Assembly (NCBI GenBank): GCA_036522215.1
Contig: DATDGH010000109.1
Coordinates: forward strand, 1 to 42,375
Origin: Candidatus Angelobacter sp.
Lineage (GTDB): Bacteria; Acidobacteriota; Terriglobia; Terriglobales; Acidobacteriaceae
Direction: 5' to 3'
Length of the DNA stretch: 42,375 bases
Shown piece after piece: positions 8,990-17,189 of this stretch (position 1 is the stretch's first letter; each line of letters starts with the position of its first letter). The position numbers were made by a program, and so were the translations under genes. The notes beneath the pieces are model-generated. The model had not been told where the DNA came from and searched no databases. It saw only the letters and a list, made by a program, of their open reading frames with translations.

Positions 8990-9741
8990 CCTTGGTCTCT
9001 TGACTCCTGATGGTGCACTCTACGGAACGATAGCACTTTACCGTCTTTGGCAGCCGCCTTTTGCTGCTGGGCTGAGCTTGAAACATATAGATGTTCTTTC
9101 TTGATGTACCTGGCCACAGTGGCCGGAACATAACGGCTGAGCTGCTGAACGGATTTGAGCGCTGCAGCACGAATCTGGGTTGAAGACACCGGCTCCTTCA
9201 CACCTGACAGAAGATGAATTCTGGCTTGAGGAAGCTCAATGGCGCCGCTGGAGGGCTGCCGTCGCAATGCCGCAAGCACTGCCCCCGCGGGACGTATGCG
9301 TTCAGGCAATGCCTCTACCATATCAGCCAGCTCGTAGCCCGGACGGCTGGCCACAATGAAGTCGCATTCCGACAACAACTGTACTGGCTGCTTCCAGGTG
9401 CTGATCTCCATAAAAGCGTCTATACCAATCAGAAAATAGAGTGTGTCCGATTTGCTTAGAGCACTCTTAAGCCGCCGCACCGTTCGAATCGAATAGTTAG
9501 GCTGGCCTGAATCGGCTTCCAGCAGGGAAGGAACAAACCGTCCTTCGCCGGCGGTGGCCAGGGCCAGCATGGCAAAACGATGTTGGAACTCCGTGAGGTT
9601 GCGATTTCCTTTGTGTGGCGGAAGGTCCGCGGGCACAAAGTAGATCACATCCAGATCGAATTTTTTTGCCGCAGCGCGGGCAACGGCAAGGTGCCCGCGA
9701 TGTACGGGATCAAATGTGCCGCCAAACAGGGCCAACTTCAT
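8986..9741 (-). CDS. nadD: Nicotinate-nucleotide adenylyltransferase
   Basis: N-terminal [14 protein letters not shown] nucleotidyltransferase motif and the ISSTQIR-like motif VSSTQIR. Overlaps obg and rsfS by 4 nt each. Confidence 0.9.
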   Translation of the reverse strand: MKLALFGGTFDPVHRGHLAVARAAAKKFDLDVIYFVPADLPPHKGNRNLTEFQHRFAMLALATAGEGRFVPSLLEADSGQPNYSIRTVRRLKSALSKSDTLYFLIGIDAFMEISTWKQPVQLLSECDFIVASRPGYELADMVEALPERIRPAGAVLAALRRQPSSGAIELPQARIHLLSGVKEPVSSTQIRAAALKSVQQLSRYVPATVARYIKKEHLYVSSSAQQQKAAAKDGKVLSFRRVHHQESRDQG

Positions 9742-10874
9742 TTGCTCTTTCTTTTCTTGAATGCAGCATGCTTGGAAATGCGGCGCACGCTTTGCACTCG
9801 CTTTGCTTTGCGGGGAGAAACTGGCTTCTTCCGCGTTGCCGTTTTTTCCTGACGGTACGTGCCGGCGCGGACTTCAGCCACGGCGCCTCCCATGGCGTAC
9901 TTCAACTCGGGAATGCCTTTGCCCGTGACCGCGGAAATCTCGTACAAATCCAGCTTCAGCTTCTTTACGTGTTTGCGCAGCCTGGCCAGCTTGTCCGGAT
10001 TCACAACGTCCATCTTGGACGCTACAACAATCATGGGTTTCTTTTCCAGCTCTGCGCCGAAACTGGCCAGCTCCTCCAGGATCACATTGAAATCCTTCAC
10101 CGGATCAGGCCGCCCGCTGGCGTCAGAAACATCAACCAGGTGGGCCAGCAACCGCGTACGCTCAATGTGCCTCAGGAACTGCGTGCCCAGCCCCGTACCG
10201 GTATGCGCGCCTTCAATCAAACCCGGAATATCTGCCACCACGTAGCTCTCATCGTGGGGCGCTTCGCCAATTGTGACCACGCCCAGATTGGGTTGCAGCG
10301 TGGTAAATGGATAGTCGGCAATCTTGGGCCGGGCCGCCGAAATCCGCGAAATCAGCGTGGACTTCCCCACGTTCGGATAGCCGACCAGGGCCACGTCTGC
10401 GAGCAACTTCAGCTCCAGCCGCAGGACCCTCTCGTCTCCCGGCTTGCCCAACTCAAATTCTCGTGGCGCCTGATGGGTGCTGGTAGCAAAGTGCTGGTTG
10501 CCGCGGCCACCACGGCCGCCGTGCGCCACTACCAGACGCTCATCCGGCTGGGAAAAGTCGTAGAGTCGCTCACCGCTCTCCTTGTCGTAGACAATGGTTC
10601 CGACGGGCACCTTCAGGACGACATGCTCGCCGTCTCTGCCGGTGCAGTTAGAGCCTTCTCCATGGCGTCCGCGCTCTGCGTTGTATTCGGGATTAAAACG
10701 GAAATGGACCAGGGTGTTGTGGCGCTCGCTGGACTCCATGATCACATCGCCGCCGCGCCCGCCATCGCCACCGGAAGGCCCGCCGCGGGGAACAAACTTC
10801 TCCCGCCGGAAGGCCATGCAGCCATTGCCGCCGCCGCCCGCTTTTACCCGAATTACGGCTTCATCGATAAACAT
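9738..10874 (-). CDS. obg: GTPase Obg/CgtA
   Basis: The Obg fold begins [28 protein letters not shown]1 motif GYPNVGKST, with DIPGLIEGA and NKMD-like SKMD. I prefer ATG 10874 over the ORF-track GTG 10883. Confidence 0.93.
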   Translation of the reverse strand: MFIDEAVIRVKAGGGGNGCMAFRREKFVPRGGPSGGDGGRGGDVIMESSERHNTLVHFRFNPEYNAERGRHGEGSNCTGRDGEHVVLKVPVGTIVYDKESGERLYDFSQPDERLVVAHGGRGGRGNQHFATSTHQAPREFELGKPGDERVLRLELKLLADVALVGYPNVGKSTLISRISAARPKIADYPFTTLQPNLGVVTIGEAPHDESYVVADIPGLIEGAHTGTGLGTQFLRHIERTRLLAHLVDVSDASGRPDPVKDFNVILEELASFGAELEKKPMIVVASKMDVVNPDKLARLRKHVKKLKLDLYEISAVTGKGIPELKYAMGGAVAEVRAGTYRQEKTATRKKPVSPRKAKRVQSVRRISKHAAFKKRKSK

Positions 10875-10885
10875 GGAAAGCACAA

Positions 10886-10909
10886 AAGCCCCGCCACAGG
10901 ACGGGGCTT
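10886..10909 (-). terminator. Rho-independent terminator/attenuator between rpmA and obg
   Basis: On the minus strand: AAGCCCCG-loop-CGGGGCTT followed by TTGTGCTTTCC, running into the obg start codon. Confidence 0.55.
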
Positions 10910-10943
10910 GAAATCAGTTTAGCTGAGACACTTGAGAAAGGGC

Positions 10944-11213
10944 CTATGCTTTGGCCAGCTCAGCGGGCTCGACCAGGACGTAACGGCCATCGGCGCCTTT
11001 GTTCACAAATTTGATCACTCCGGAAACCTTGGCAAACAGAGTATCGTCCTTGCCCCGGCCAACATTAGCGCCAGGCTTGATCCGGGTGCCGCGCTGGCGC
11101 ACGATGATCGTCCCACCCGGGACAAGTTGTCCGCCAAATGCTTTTACACCCAGGCGCTGCGAATTAGAATCGCGTCCGTTCCTGGAACTGCCTAACCCTT
11201 TTTTATGTGCCAT
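10944..11213 (-). CDS. rpmA: 50S ribosomal protein L27
   Basis: 89 aa, [24 protein letters not shown]... is canonical L27. Confidence 0.97.
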   Translation of the reverse strand: MAHKKGLGSSRNGRDSNSQRLGVKAFGGQLVPGGTIIVRQRGTRIKPGANVGRGKDDTLFAKVSGVIKFVNKGADGRYVLVEPAELAKA

Positions 11214-11237
11214 GACTAAAATCCTTTTATTTGGAAA

Positions 11238-11762
11238 TTACTTTTTCTTCTTTTTCGCGCTACCGCCCTTTTTGGGCGCGCTCTTCTTGGCCGCTGGCTT
11301 CTTAGGAGCCGGCTTCTTGCTCGCGGCCTTCTTATGCGCGGCAGGCTTGGCTTTTGCCTCTGCGGCCCCTTCGGCTTCAGGTGCTTCTACTTCTTCTGCC
11401 CGCTTAGGCGCTACCTTCTTTTTTGGCTCCGGCAATGCGGGAGCGGTAAAGCGCTGGCCATCGAAGGCAATTTCTGTGATCCGGACCTGGGTGTAGTGCT
11501 GGCGATGTCCGTAAATCTTCTTGTACTGCTTCTTGCGCTTGAAATGGAAGACCAGGATCTTGTCGCCACGGCCGGTCTCGGTGACCTGACCGCTGACCAC
11601 GACGTCAGTTCCAGGTCCAATCTTGCCCTCTTCGGCAGACACGGCGAGAACATCGTTAAATTCAACGTTGTCTCCCTGGTTGGCAGGCAGTCTCTCAATT
11701 CTCACTACGTCTCCCGGAGCCACCCGATACTGCTTGCCCCCGGCGCGAATCACCGCGTACAT
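11238..11762 (-). CDS. rplU: 50S ribosomal protein L21 with about 70-aa Lys/Ala/Pro-rich C-terminal extension
   Basis: MYAVIRAGGKQYRVAPGDVV... is canonical L21. ATG 11762 is preceded by GGAG. The ORF-track start at 11789 is 9 codons upstream. Confidence 0.95.
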   Translation of the reverse strand: MYAVIRAGGKQYRVAPGDVVRIERLPANQGDNVEFNDVLAVSAEEGKIGPGTDVVVSGQVTETGRGDKILVFHFKRKKQYKKIYGHRQHYTQVRITEIAFDGQRFTAPALPEPKKKVAPKRAEEVEAPEAEGAAEAKAKPAAHKKAASKKPAPKKPAAKKSAPKKGGSAKKKKK

Positions 11763-12016
11763 AATTTTTCTCCGTGACCCCTCTATCACTCTGGAAACAA
11801 AGGGCCTAAGTAATGGACTTATATGATTGCTGAACGCAACGGTTTGCTCTGACAGGCAGGAACCGAAAGTACCGGCAAACCTTGTAATTTTAACGTGATA
11901 GACGCATAACGGTCAAACCAAAAGCGTATTGGTTGCAGTTTTTCGCGCAAAGCTGGACGCCAGCAGCATTCCCTTACTTTGGGTTGCGATAAGCTCCAAC
12001 ACTCGTGAGGAATTCT

Positions 12017-12571
12017 ATGAAAACGATCTGGCTCATCGTCATGTCTTTGACGGTCAGCATTGGCGCTGCGGACAAAGCAGGACAACCCGACATGCCTCGC
12101 ACTGTGACTGAATCCTTTGATCGCTCCGTCAGTAGCGCAGAGAGCGCGCTTTTGAGAGTGGCTGTGGCAATGCCAGAGGACAAATACAATTTTGCGCCCG
12201 TCAACGGTGAATTCAAAGGCGTACGGACCTTTGCCCAGATGGTGAAGCACGTTGCAGTGGACCAGTATGTAGATGCGGCAGCTTTACTCAAGGAAAAGAC
12301 TCCGATTGATCCGGGGACCCACATGAACGGTCCTGATTCAATCCGCACCAAAGCGGAAATCTTGAAATTCCTTCAGGATGGCTTTACCTACATGCACAGA
12401 GCCATACACACGGTGAATCAGAAGAACCTGATGGAGCTGGTGAAGTTTGACCAAGTGAACATACCCAGGCTTTCCATCGTGAGCTCGGCGATTTCCCACC
12501 CTTGGGACCACTACGGCCAGCTTATCGAGTACCTGCGCATGAACGGAATTGATCCGCAGGCGCAATATTAA
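12017..12571 (+). CDS. DinB family protein (secreted?)
   Basis: His-containing DinB-like helices present (KHVAVDQY, ISHPWDHYGQLIEYLRMNG). N-terminal signal-like MKTIWLIVMSLTVSIGA. GAGGA sits 5 nt before ATG 12017. Confidence 0.75.
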   Translation: MKTIWLIVMSLTVSIGAADKAGQPDMPRTVTESFDRSVSSAESALLRVAVAMPEDKYNFAPVNGEFKGVRTFAQMVKHVAVDQYVDAAALLKEKTPIDPGTHMNGPDSIRTKAEILKFLQDGFTYMHRAIHTVNQKNLMELVKFDQVNIPRLSIVSSAISHPWDHYGQLIEYLRMNGIDPQAQY

Positions 12572-12601
12572 GGCGCTGTGCCTGGTGCAAGGAGCCGCTC
12601 G

Positions 12602-12970
12602 TCATTTTGGCGGGCACCCCATCGCGAACCGGAGAGCGTCAGCAATCTGGCAGATGCGCGAATTGGAAAGTGTTCTAAGTCTGGTTCGGGGTTCTCGCAG
12701 CGCTGATTTGCTGATAACCGTTACGTCCTCACCTTTAATGCACGCGCCTTCAAGCCCGGTTTCTCCCGGCGAGAGATAAACGTGGGTTGGAACATCCTTA
12801 AGTTGTGAGGTTGTTAACGGCGCGACCAGAACGGTGTTTGCTTTGGGGTGGGTGTTGCGATTATCGATTGAAACAATTACGACCGGACGAAGGCCCTTTT
12901 CTGGAGGATCAGTGGGGAGTTGCACGAACCAGATCTCCCCGCGTAAGGGCCAGCGCTGTTTGCCATTCAC
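12602..12970 (-). CDS. Type II toxin, MazF/PemK family endoribonuclease
   Basis: 122 aa with GEIWFVQLP...RPVVIVSIDNRN...VLVAPLTTS...IKGEDVTVISKSAL, the PemK/MazF pattern. GTG start 6 nt after the upstream small ORF. Confidence 0.85.
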   Translation of the reverse strand: MNGKQRWPLRGEIWFVQLPTDPPEKGLRPVVIVSIDNRNTHPKANTVLVAPLTTSQLKDVPTHVYLSPGETGLEGACIKGEDVTVISKSALREPRTRLRTLSNSRICQIADALRFAMGCPPK

Positions 12971-12976
12971 AGTGGC

Positions 12977-13261
12977 TTACTCCAATGGAAACTGGCTTTC
13001 GGCGAAAGCGCCCCAGAGCCGGTCTTCGTTCATTTCTTCTTCCGAGAGCGAATCATAGTACTTTGAAATAGACGCGGCTATATTTGCCATCTGCCTCTGA
13101 CGACGATGCTCCTTCAGGATCTCCTCTAGTGCCGACGAACTAGATTCAACCTGCCGCTCTTTTCTCTCTTCTTCGAGGATGGCAACGGCCTCCGACGAGA
13201 GCGTATAGGTCTTTCTCAATTTCCGTCTACTTACTTTCAGAGTGGATGCTGAGCGTCGCAT
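12977..13261 (-). CDS. Putative cognate antitoxin (RHH-like)
   Basis: Small charged ORF immediately upstream of the mazF-like gene. I prefer ATG 13261 (MRRSASTLKVSRRKLRKTYTLSSEAVAILEE...) because the ORF-track N-terminus (13262-13297) is an AT-rich, promoter-like stretch. Confidence 0.6.
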   Translation of the reverse strand: MRRSASTLKVSRRKLRKTYTLSSEAVAILEEERKERQVESSSSALEEILKEHRRQRQMANIAASISKYYDSLSEEEMNEDRLWGAFAESQFPLE

Positions 13262-13544
13262 ATTATTAGTATGATCTATTATCTTACCTATAAGCATACA
13301 ATAAGTCGCGGACTGTCAGCAAAAGGAAAAGGGCATTGCATTTTCACGCGAAGACGCCAGCGCCGCTGCGTGCCCCTGGCTGAAGAAATCGATCTTCATC
13401 CGCTATAACCCCAGGAAACACTACGAATCGGCCTTCCTGGTTGCGGACGGCGCTTCTGCCGGATCTCGCAGCCTCAGCAATCAACCACCAGCCTCGCAAG
13501 AGATGATCACACTGTCGCTCAAGTGATCACCGGACGAACACGCC

Positions 13545-14321
13545 CTACATTCCCCACGTCTTCCAGAAGAAATATGCGGTCATCCCGCTGCCAATGACGA
13601 TGATGAGATAGCGCACTGCCTGGGGCTTCATCTTCTGCACATAATGCGCGCCTGCGTATCCGCCGATGATTGCTCCAATCATCATCAGCAGCGCCTGGGG
13701 CCAGATGATGGCACGATTGAGGATGAACAGGACGATAGCAGCGGCGTTTCCACACGTGACCAGGAGCACTCTGAGCCCATTCATCGCATGGATGTCTTCC
13801 ATCCCTATCAGGGAGAGCAATGGCAGAATGATGAATCCAACCCCTGCTCCGTAGTAACCGATGTAGATGCCCAGACAGAATTGCACGAACATGATGCCAA
13901 CTTGACTCAGCAATGAAGGTCCGCTGGTGGCGTGACGTCGTTTGACCCAGGCGGTCATCTTTGGCCCGAGACTGAACAGAATGGTCCCCAACAGCAGCAG
14001 CCACGGCACCAGTTTCATGAAGGTGGTTTGCGGCGTCTTGAGTAACAACAGGGCCCCAAAGATGCTGCCCGCAAGGGTCACGATGATCAGCGGGAGCACG
14101 GACTTCAAGAGCTGCCAGCTTAGGGCCTTGCGATAAGCCGAAGTGGAGGCGAGGGTTCCCGGCCACAAAGCAACTGTATTGGTGGCGTTGGCATTGACTG
14201 GCGGCATGCCCAGAAACAGCAGCGTGGGGAAGGAGATGAAGCTCCCACCGCCGGCAATGGAATTGGCCACACCTGCAACCAGCGCTACAGAAACAAGCAG
14301 CCCTGCCTCAGAGGAAGTCAC
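13545..14321 (-). CDS. Sulfite/anion exporter TauE/SafE family membrane protein
   Basis: 258 aa, polytopic, with the repeated glycine-rich motifs of the family (IAGGGSFISFP, GYYGAGVGFII). GTG start. Confidence 0.85.
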   Translation of the reverse strand: MTSSEAGLLVSVALVAGVANSIAGGGSFISFPTLLFLGMPPVNANATNTVALWPGTLASTSAYRKALSWQLLKSVLPLIIVTLAGSIFGALLLLKTPQTTFMKLVPWLLLLGTILFSLGPKMTAWVKRRHATSGPSLLSQVGIMFVQFCLGIYIGYYGAGVGFIILPLLSLIGMEDIHAMNGLRVLLVTCGNAAAIVLFILNRAIIWPQALLMMIGAIIGGYAGAHYVQKMKPQAVRYLIIVIGSGMTAYFFWKTWGM

Positions 14322-14322
14322 G

Positions 14323-14366
14323 TGCCTTTTTAGTTTACCTCGAAGCGAAGCGAGAGGTCCCTACCG
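14323..14366. repeat. Dispersed 44-nt repeat, copy A (identical to 27694-27737)
   Basis: TGCCTTTTTAGTTTACCTCGAAGCGAAGCGAGAGGTCCCTACCG is identical in both copies. Weaker similarity continues for about 23 nt. Contains the hairpin ACCTC-N12-GAGGT. Confidence 0.9.
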
Positions 14367-14519
14367 GCCTGATAGTCGCATCGGCGACGATCTTGAATGG
14401 TCACATGATTTCTGAAGATGCCGCTTCAGAGTGCCTGAAATGAACTGGGCGTTTTGGCTGTTCGCTGTTGGCTCTGGGTGGCAATTATTTGGCCTATAAT
14501 TGCCGATTCCGGAGGATGG

Positions 14520-16814
14520 ATGAAATACGTTCTGAATACTCTCCTGTGTGTGATTGCTTTTTCCCTGATGGCTTTGCCGGCGCAGCAACAAGCGACAGGG
14601 GAAAAACCGCCGTCCACACCTCTGCAGGGATTTACTGCCAATTCAGCACAAGCAGAACGCGATTGGGAGAAAAAGTTCCGTGCCATCCCTAGCACCGACA
14701 ACCTGCGTGAGTACATGCGTCTGATGAGTTCCCATCCCCATCACGTTGGTTCGCCCTGGGACAGACAAAACGCGGAATGGATGCTCGCCCGCTTCCAGGA
14801 ATGGGGCTGGGATGCGCACATCGAAAACTTTGACGTCCTCTTTCCTACTCCCAAGGAGCGGCACGTCGAACTCCTGGAGCCGACAAAGTTTGTAGCCAAG
14901 CTGCAAGAACCGCCAATTGCCGAGGACCCCACCTCGAACCAGCAGGCGGAACAGCTTCCGCCCTACAACGCTTATTCCATTGATGGTGATGTCACCGGCC
15001 CGCTGGTGTATGTGAACTACGGAACCCGCGACGACTACGAGCAGCTCGACAAGTTGGGCATCTCCGTCAAAGGCGCGATCGTGATTGCACGCTACGGCGG
15101 CTCCTGGCGCGGAATCAAACCCAAGGTGGCGGCGGAGCACGGCGCGGTGGGCTGCATCATCTACTCTGATCCCGCTGATGATGGATATGCCGACGGCGAA
15201 GTTTATCCGCAGGGGTCCTTCCGCAACAAAGATTCGGTGCAGCGCGGAGCCGTCACTGACACGTACTACGCCGGCGATCCGCTTACTCCCGGCTGGGGAT
15301 CTGTGCCGGGAGCGAAACGGCTCGACATCAAGGATTCGCCTCTCATCACCAAGATTCCTGTTCTTCCTATCTCTTATGGAGACGCACAGCCGCTGCTGGC
15401 AGCCATCCGCGGTCGCGATGTTCCTCAAAGATGGCGCGGCGCTCTACCGATCACTTACCACATCGGCCCCGGCCCGGCGAAGGTGCACCTGGTGGCAAAG
15501 TTTAATTGGGACACGAAGCGCCTCTACGATGTGATAGCCAAACTTCCTGGCTCCGATGCGGCTGATCAGTGGATCATGCGCGGCAATCATCACGATGCCT
15601 GGGTCAACGGCGCCAGCGATCCATTGAGCGGAATGGTAGCGGTGCTGGAGGAGGCGCGCGGCTTAGGTGAACTCTACAAACAGGGCTGGCGGCCTAAGCG
15701 CACCATCATCTATGCCGCGTGGGACGGCGAGGAGCCCGGACTGATCGGCTCTACTGAATGGCTGGAAACACATCTGGACGATCTCCAGCAACATGCTGTG
15801 GCGTATATCAACTCTGACAGCAACACTCGCGGATTCCTGCGCGTTTCCGGCTCGCATTCACTGGAGCGCTTCCTCAATGGCGTGGCCCGAGACATCGATG
15901 ACCCGGAAAAACATATTTCCGTCTGGCAGCGCGCACGTTCGCTGCGCATCGCGGACGCCACGGGCGCCGAGGACCGGGAAGAGTTACGTCACCGGGGAGA
16001 CATGCGCATCCGCGCGCTGGGCGATGGTTCCGACTATGCTTCCTTCCTCGACCATGGTGGAATCGCGGCGGTAGACATGCGCTTTGGCGGCGAAGGCGGT
16101 GAGGGCCAGTACCACTCCATCTACGACGACTTCTACTGGTACACCCATTTTTCCGACGGCCAATTTATTTATGGCCGGGCGCTGGCCCAAACCTCCGGCA
16201 CCGCCATCATGCGGCTGGCAGATGCCGATCTGCTTCCCTTCGAATTCACTGACCAGGCCGACACCATCAAGACCTACATCAAGGAACTGGAGAAGCTGCT
16301 TAAGACCGAGCAGGACGAAGCCAAGGAGCGCAATCTGGAACTGGATGAAGGCGTCTTCTCGGCGATCTCAGATCCGCAACGGGAAGTGCAGCCGCCATCG
16401 CGCAGGGAGGTCCCACCGTTTATCAACTTTGCTCCGCTGGAAAATGGCGCAGAAGCTCTTTCCCATGCCGCCCAACGCTACGATTCTGCTACCAAAAAGG
16501 CCTTCGATAACGGTGGCGCAAAGTTAACCGCCGCATCGCTCCACAGCTTGAATGCGAAACTCTACCAGACCGAGCGCCTGTTCCTGAGCGAGAAAGGGCT
16601 GCCCGGGCGGCCCTGGTTCAAGCACCAGATCTATGCGCCCGGAGCTTACACCGGCTACGCCGTCAAGACCATCCCCGCCGTGCGTGAGGCATTGGAGCAA
16701 TACCAATGGACCCAGGCGGAAGAGGGCGTAAATACCGTAGGAGAGATTCTGAAGCGGGAAGCTGCGCAGATTGACGAGGCCGCGTCGGATTTGGAAAAGC
16801 TGACGCGAAAATAA
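14520..16814 (+). CDS. M28 family metallopeptidase, glutamate carboxypeptidase II / transferrin-receptor-like (PA + M28 + TFR dimerisation domains)
   Basis: Signal peptide MKYVLNTLLCVIAFSLMALPAQQ after a GGAGGA Shine-Dalgarno. Motifs RGNHHDAW, WDGEEPGLIGSTEW and YHSIYD, plus a C-terminal helical domain, are typical of the PSMA/NAALADase family. Confidence 0.85.
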   Translation: MKYVLNTLLCVIAFSLMALPAQQQATGEKPPSTPLQGFTANSAQAERDWEKKFRAIPSTDNLREYMRLMSSHPHHVGSPWDRQNAEWMLARFQEWGWDAHIENFDVLFPTPKERHVELLEPTKFVAKLQEPPIAEDPTSNQQAEQLPPYNAYSIDGDVTGPLVYVNYGTRDDYEQLDKLGISVKGAIVIARYGGSWRGIKPKVAAEHGAVGCIIYSDPADDGYADGEVYPQGSFRNKDSVQRGAVTDTYYAGDPLTPGWGSVPGAKRLDIKDSPLITKIPVLPISYGDAQPLLAAIRGRDVPQRWRGALPITYHIGPGPAKVHLVAKFNWDTKRLYDVIAKLPGSDAADQWIMRGNHHDAWVNGASDPLSGMVAVLEEARGLGELYKQGWRPKRTIIYAAWDGEEPGLIGSTEWLETHLDDLQQHAVAYINSDSNTRGFLRVSGSHSLERFLNGVARDIDDPEKHISVWQRARSLRIADATGAEDREELRHRGDMRIRALGDGSDYASFLDHGGIAAVDMRFGGEGGEGQYHSIYDDFYWYTHFSDGQFIYGRALAQTSGTAIMRLADADLLPFEFTDQADTIKTYIKELEKLLKTEQDEAKERNLELDEGVFSAISDPQREVQPPSRREVPPFINFAPLENGAEALSHAAQRYDSATKKAFDNGGAKLTAASLHSLNAKLYQTERLFLSEKGLPGRPWFKHQIYAPGAYTGYAVKTIPAVREALEQYQWTQAEEGVNTVGEILKREAAQIDEAASDLEKLTRK

Positions 16815-16876
16815 GGTTTTCGGAACGATAACAGCGGACCACGGGTTCCGGTTTACACTTGAACCAAGGGGGAATT

Positions 16877-17167
16877 ATGGTAACTGGTCCTCAAGCTGAG
16901 CGCGATCCTGATCTGGTAGATGTATTTGTTACGCAGCAGGAATCGGAGGCCATGGTGGTGCATGGCCTGCTCGAGTCGGGAGGTATTGAGTCGGCAGTGA
17001 TTACAGGTGAGGCCCAGGATGTACTTGCGGGCGTTGGAGGAATGGTCATCCGGGTGAGTCCAGATGAAGCAGACGAGGCCCGCCGCATCATTGAAGAATA
17101 TAAGAACACGGCAATCGCAGAAGAAGACGACGACGATAACGACGACGAAAGCGCTGAGGAAAGCTAA
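16877..17167 (+). CDS. DUF2007-like small protein with poly-acidic C-terminus
   Basis: DLVDVFVTQQESEAMVVHGLLESGGIESAV...VIRVSPDEADEARRII resembles the putative signal-transducing DUF2007 fold. ATG 16877 follows AAGGGGG. Confidence 0.6.
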   Translation: MVTGPQAERDPDLVDVFVTQQESEAMVVHGLLESGGIESAVITGEAQDVLAGVGGMVIRVSPDEADEARRIIEEYKNTAIAEEDDDDNDDESAEES

Positions 17168-17189
17168 CCGCTTCGGGCGCGAATCAGAA

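Noticed and set aside
9615-10922. 435-aa plus-strand ORF antisense to obg/nadD
   Set aside because: This is a shadow frame of canonical Obg, with no motifs and skewed composition.
13519-14166. 215-aa alternative minus-strand frame inside the tauE-like gene
   Set aside because: The other frame gives a coherent polytopic TauE/SafE protein. This frame is His/Arg/Trp-rich and non-membrane-like.
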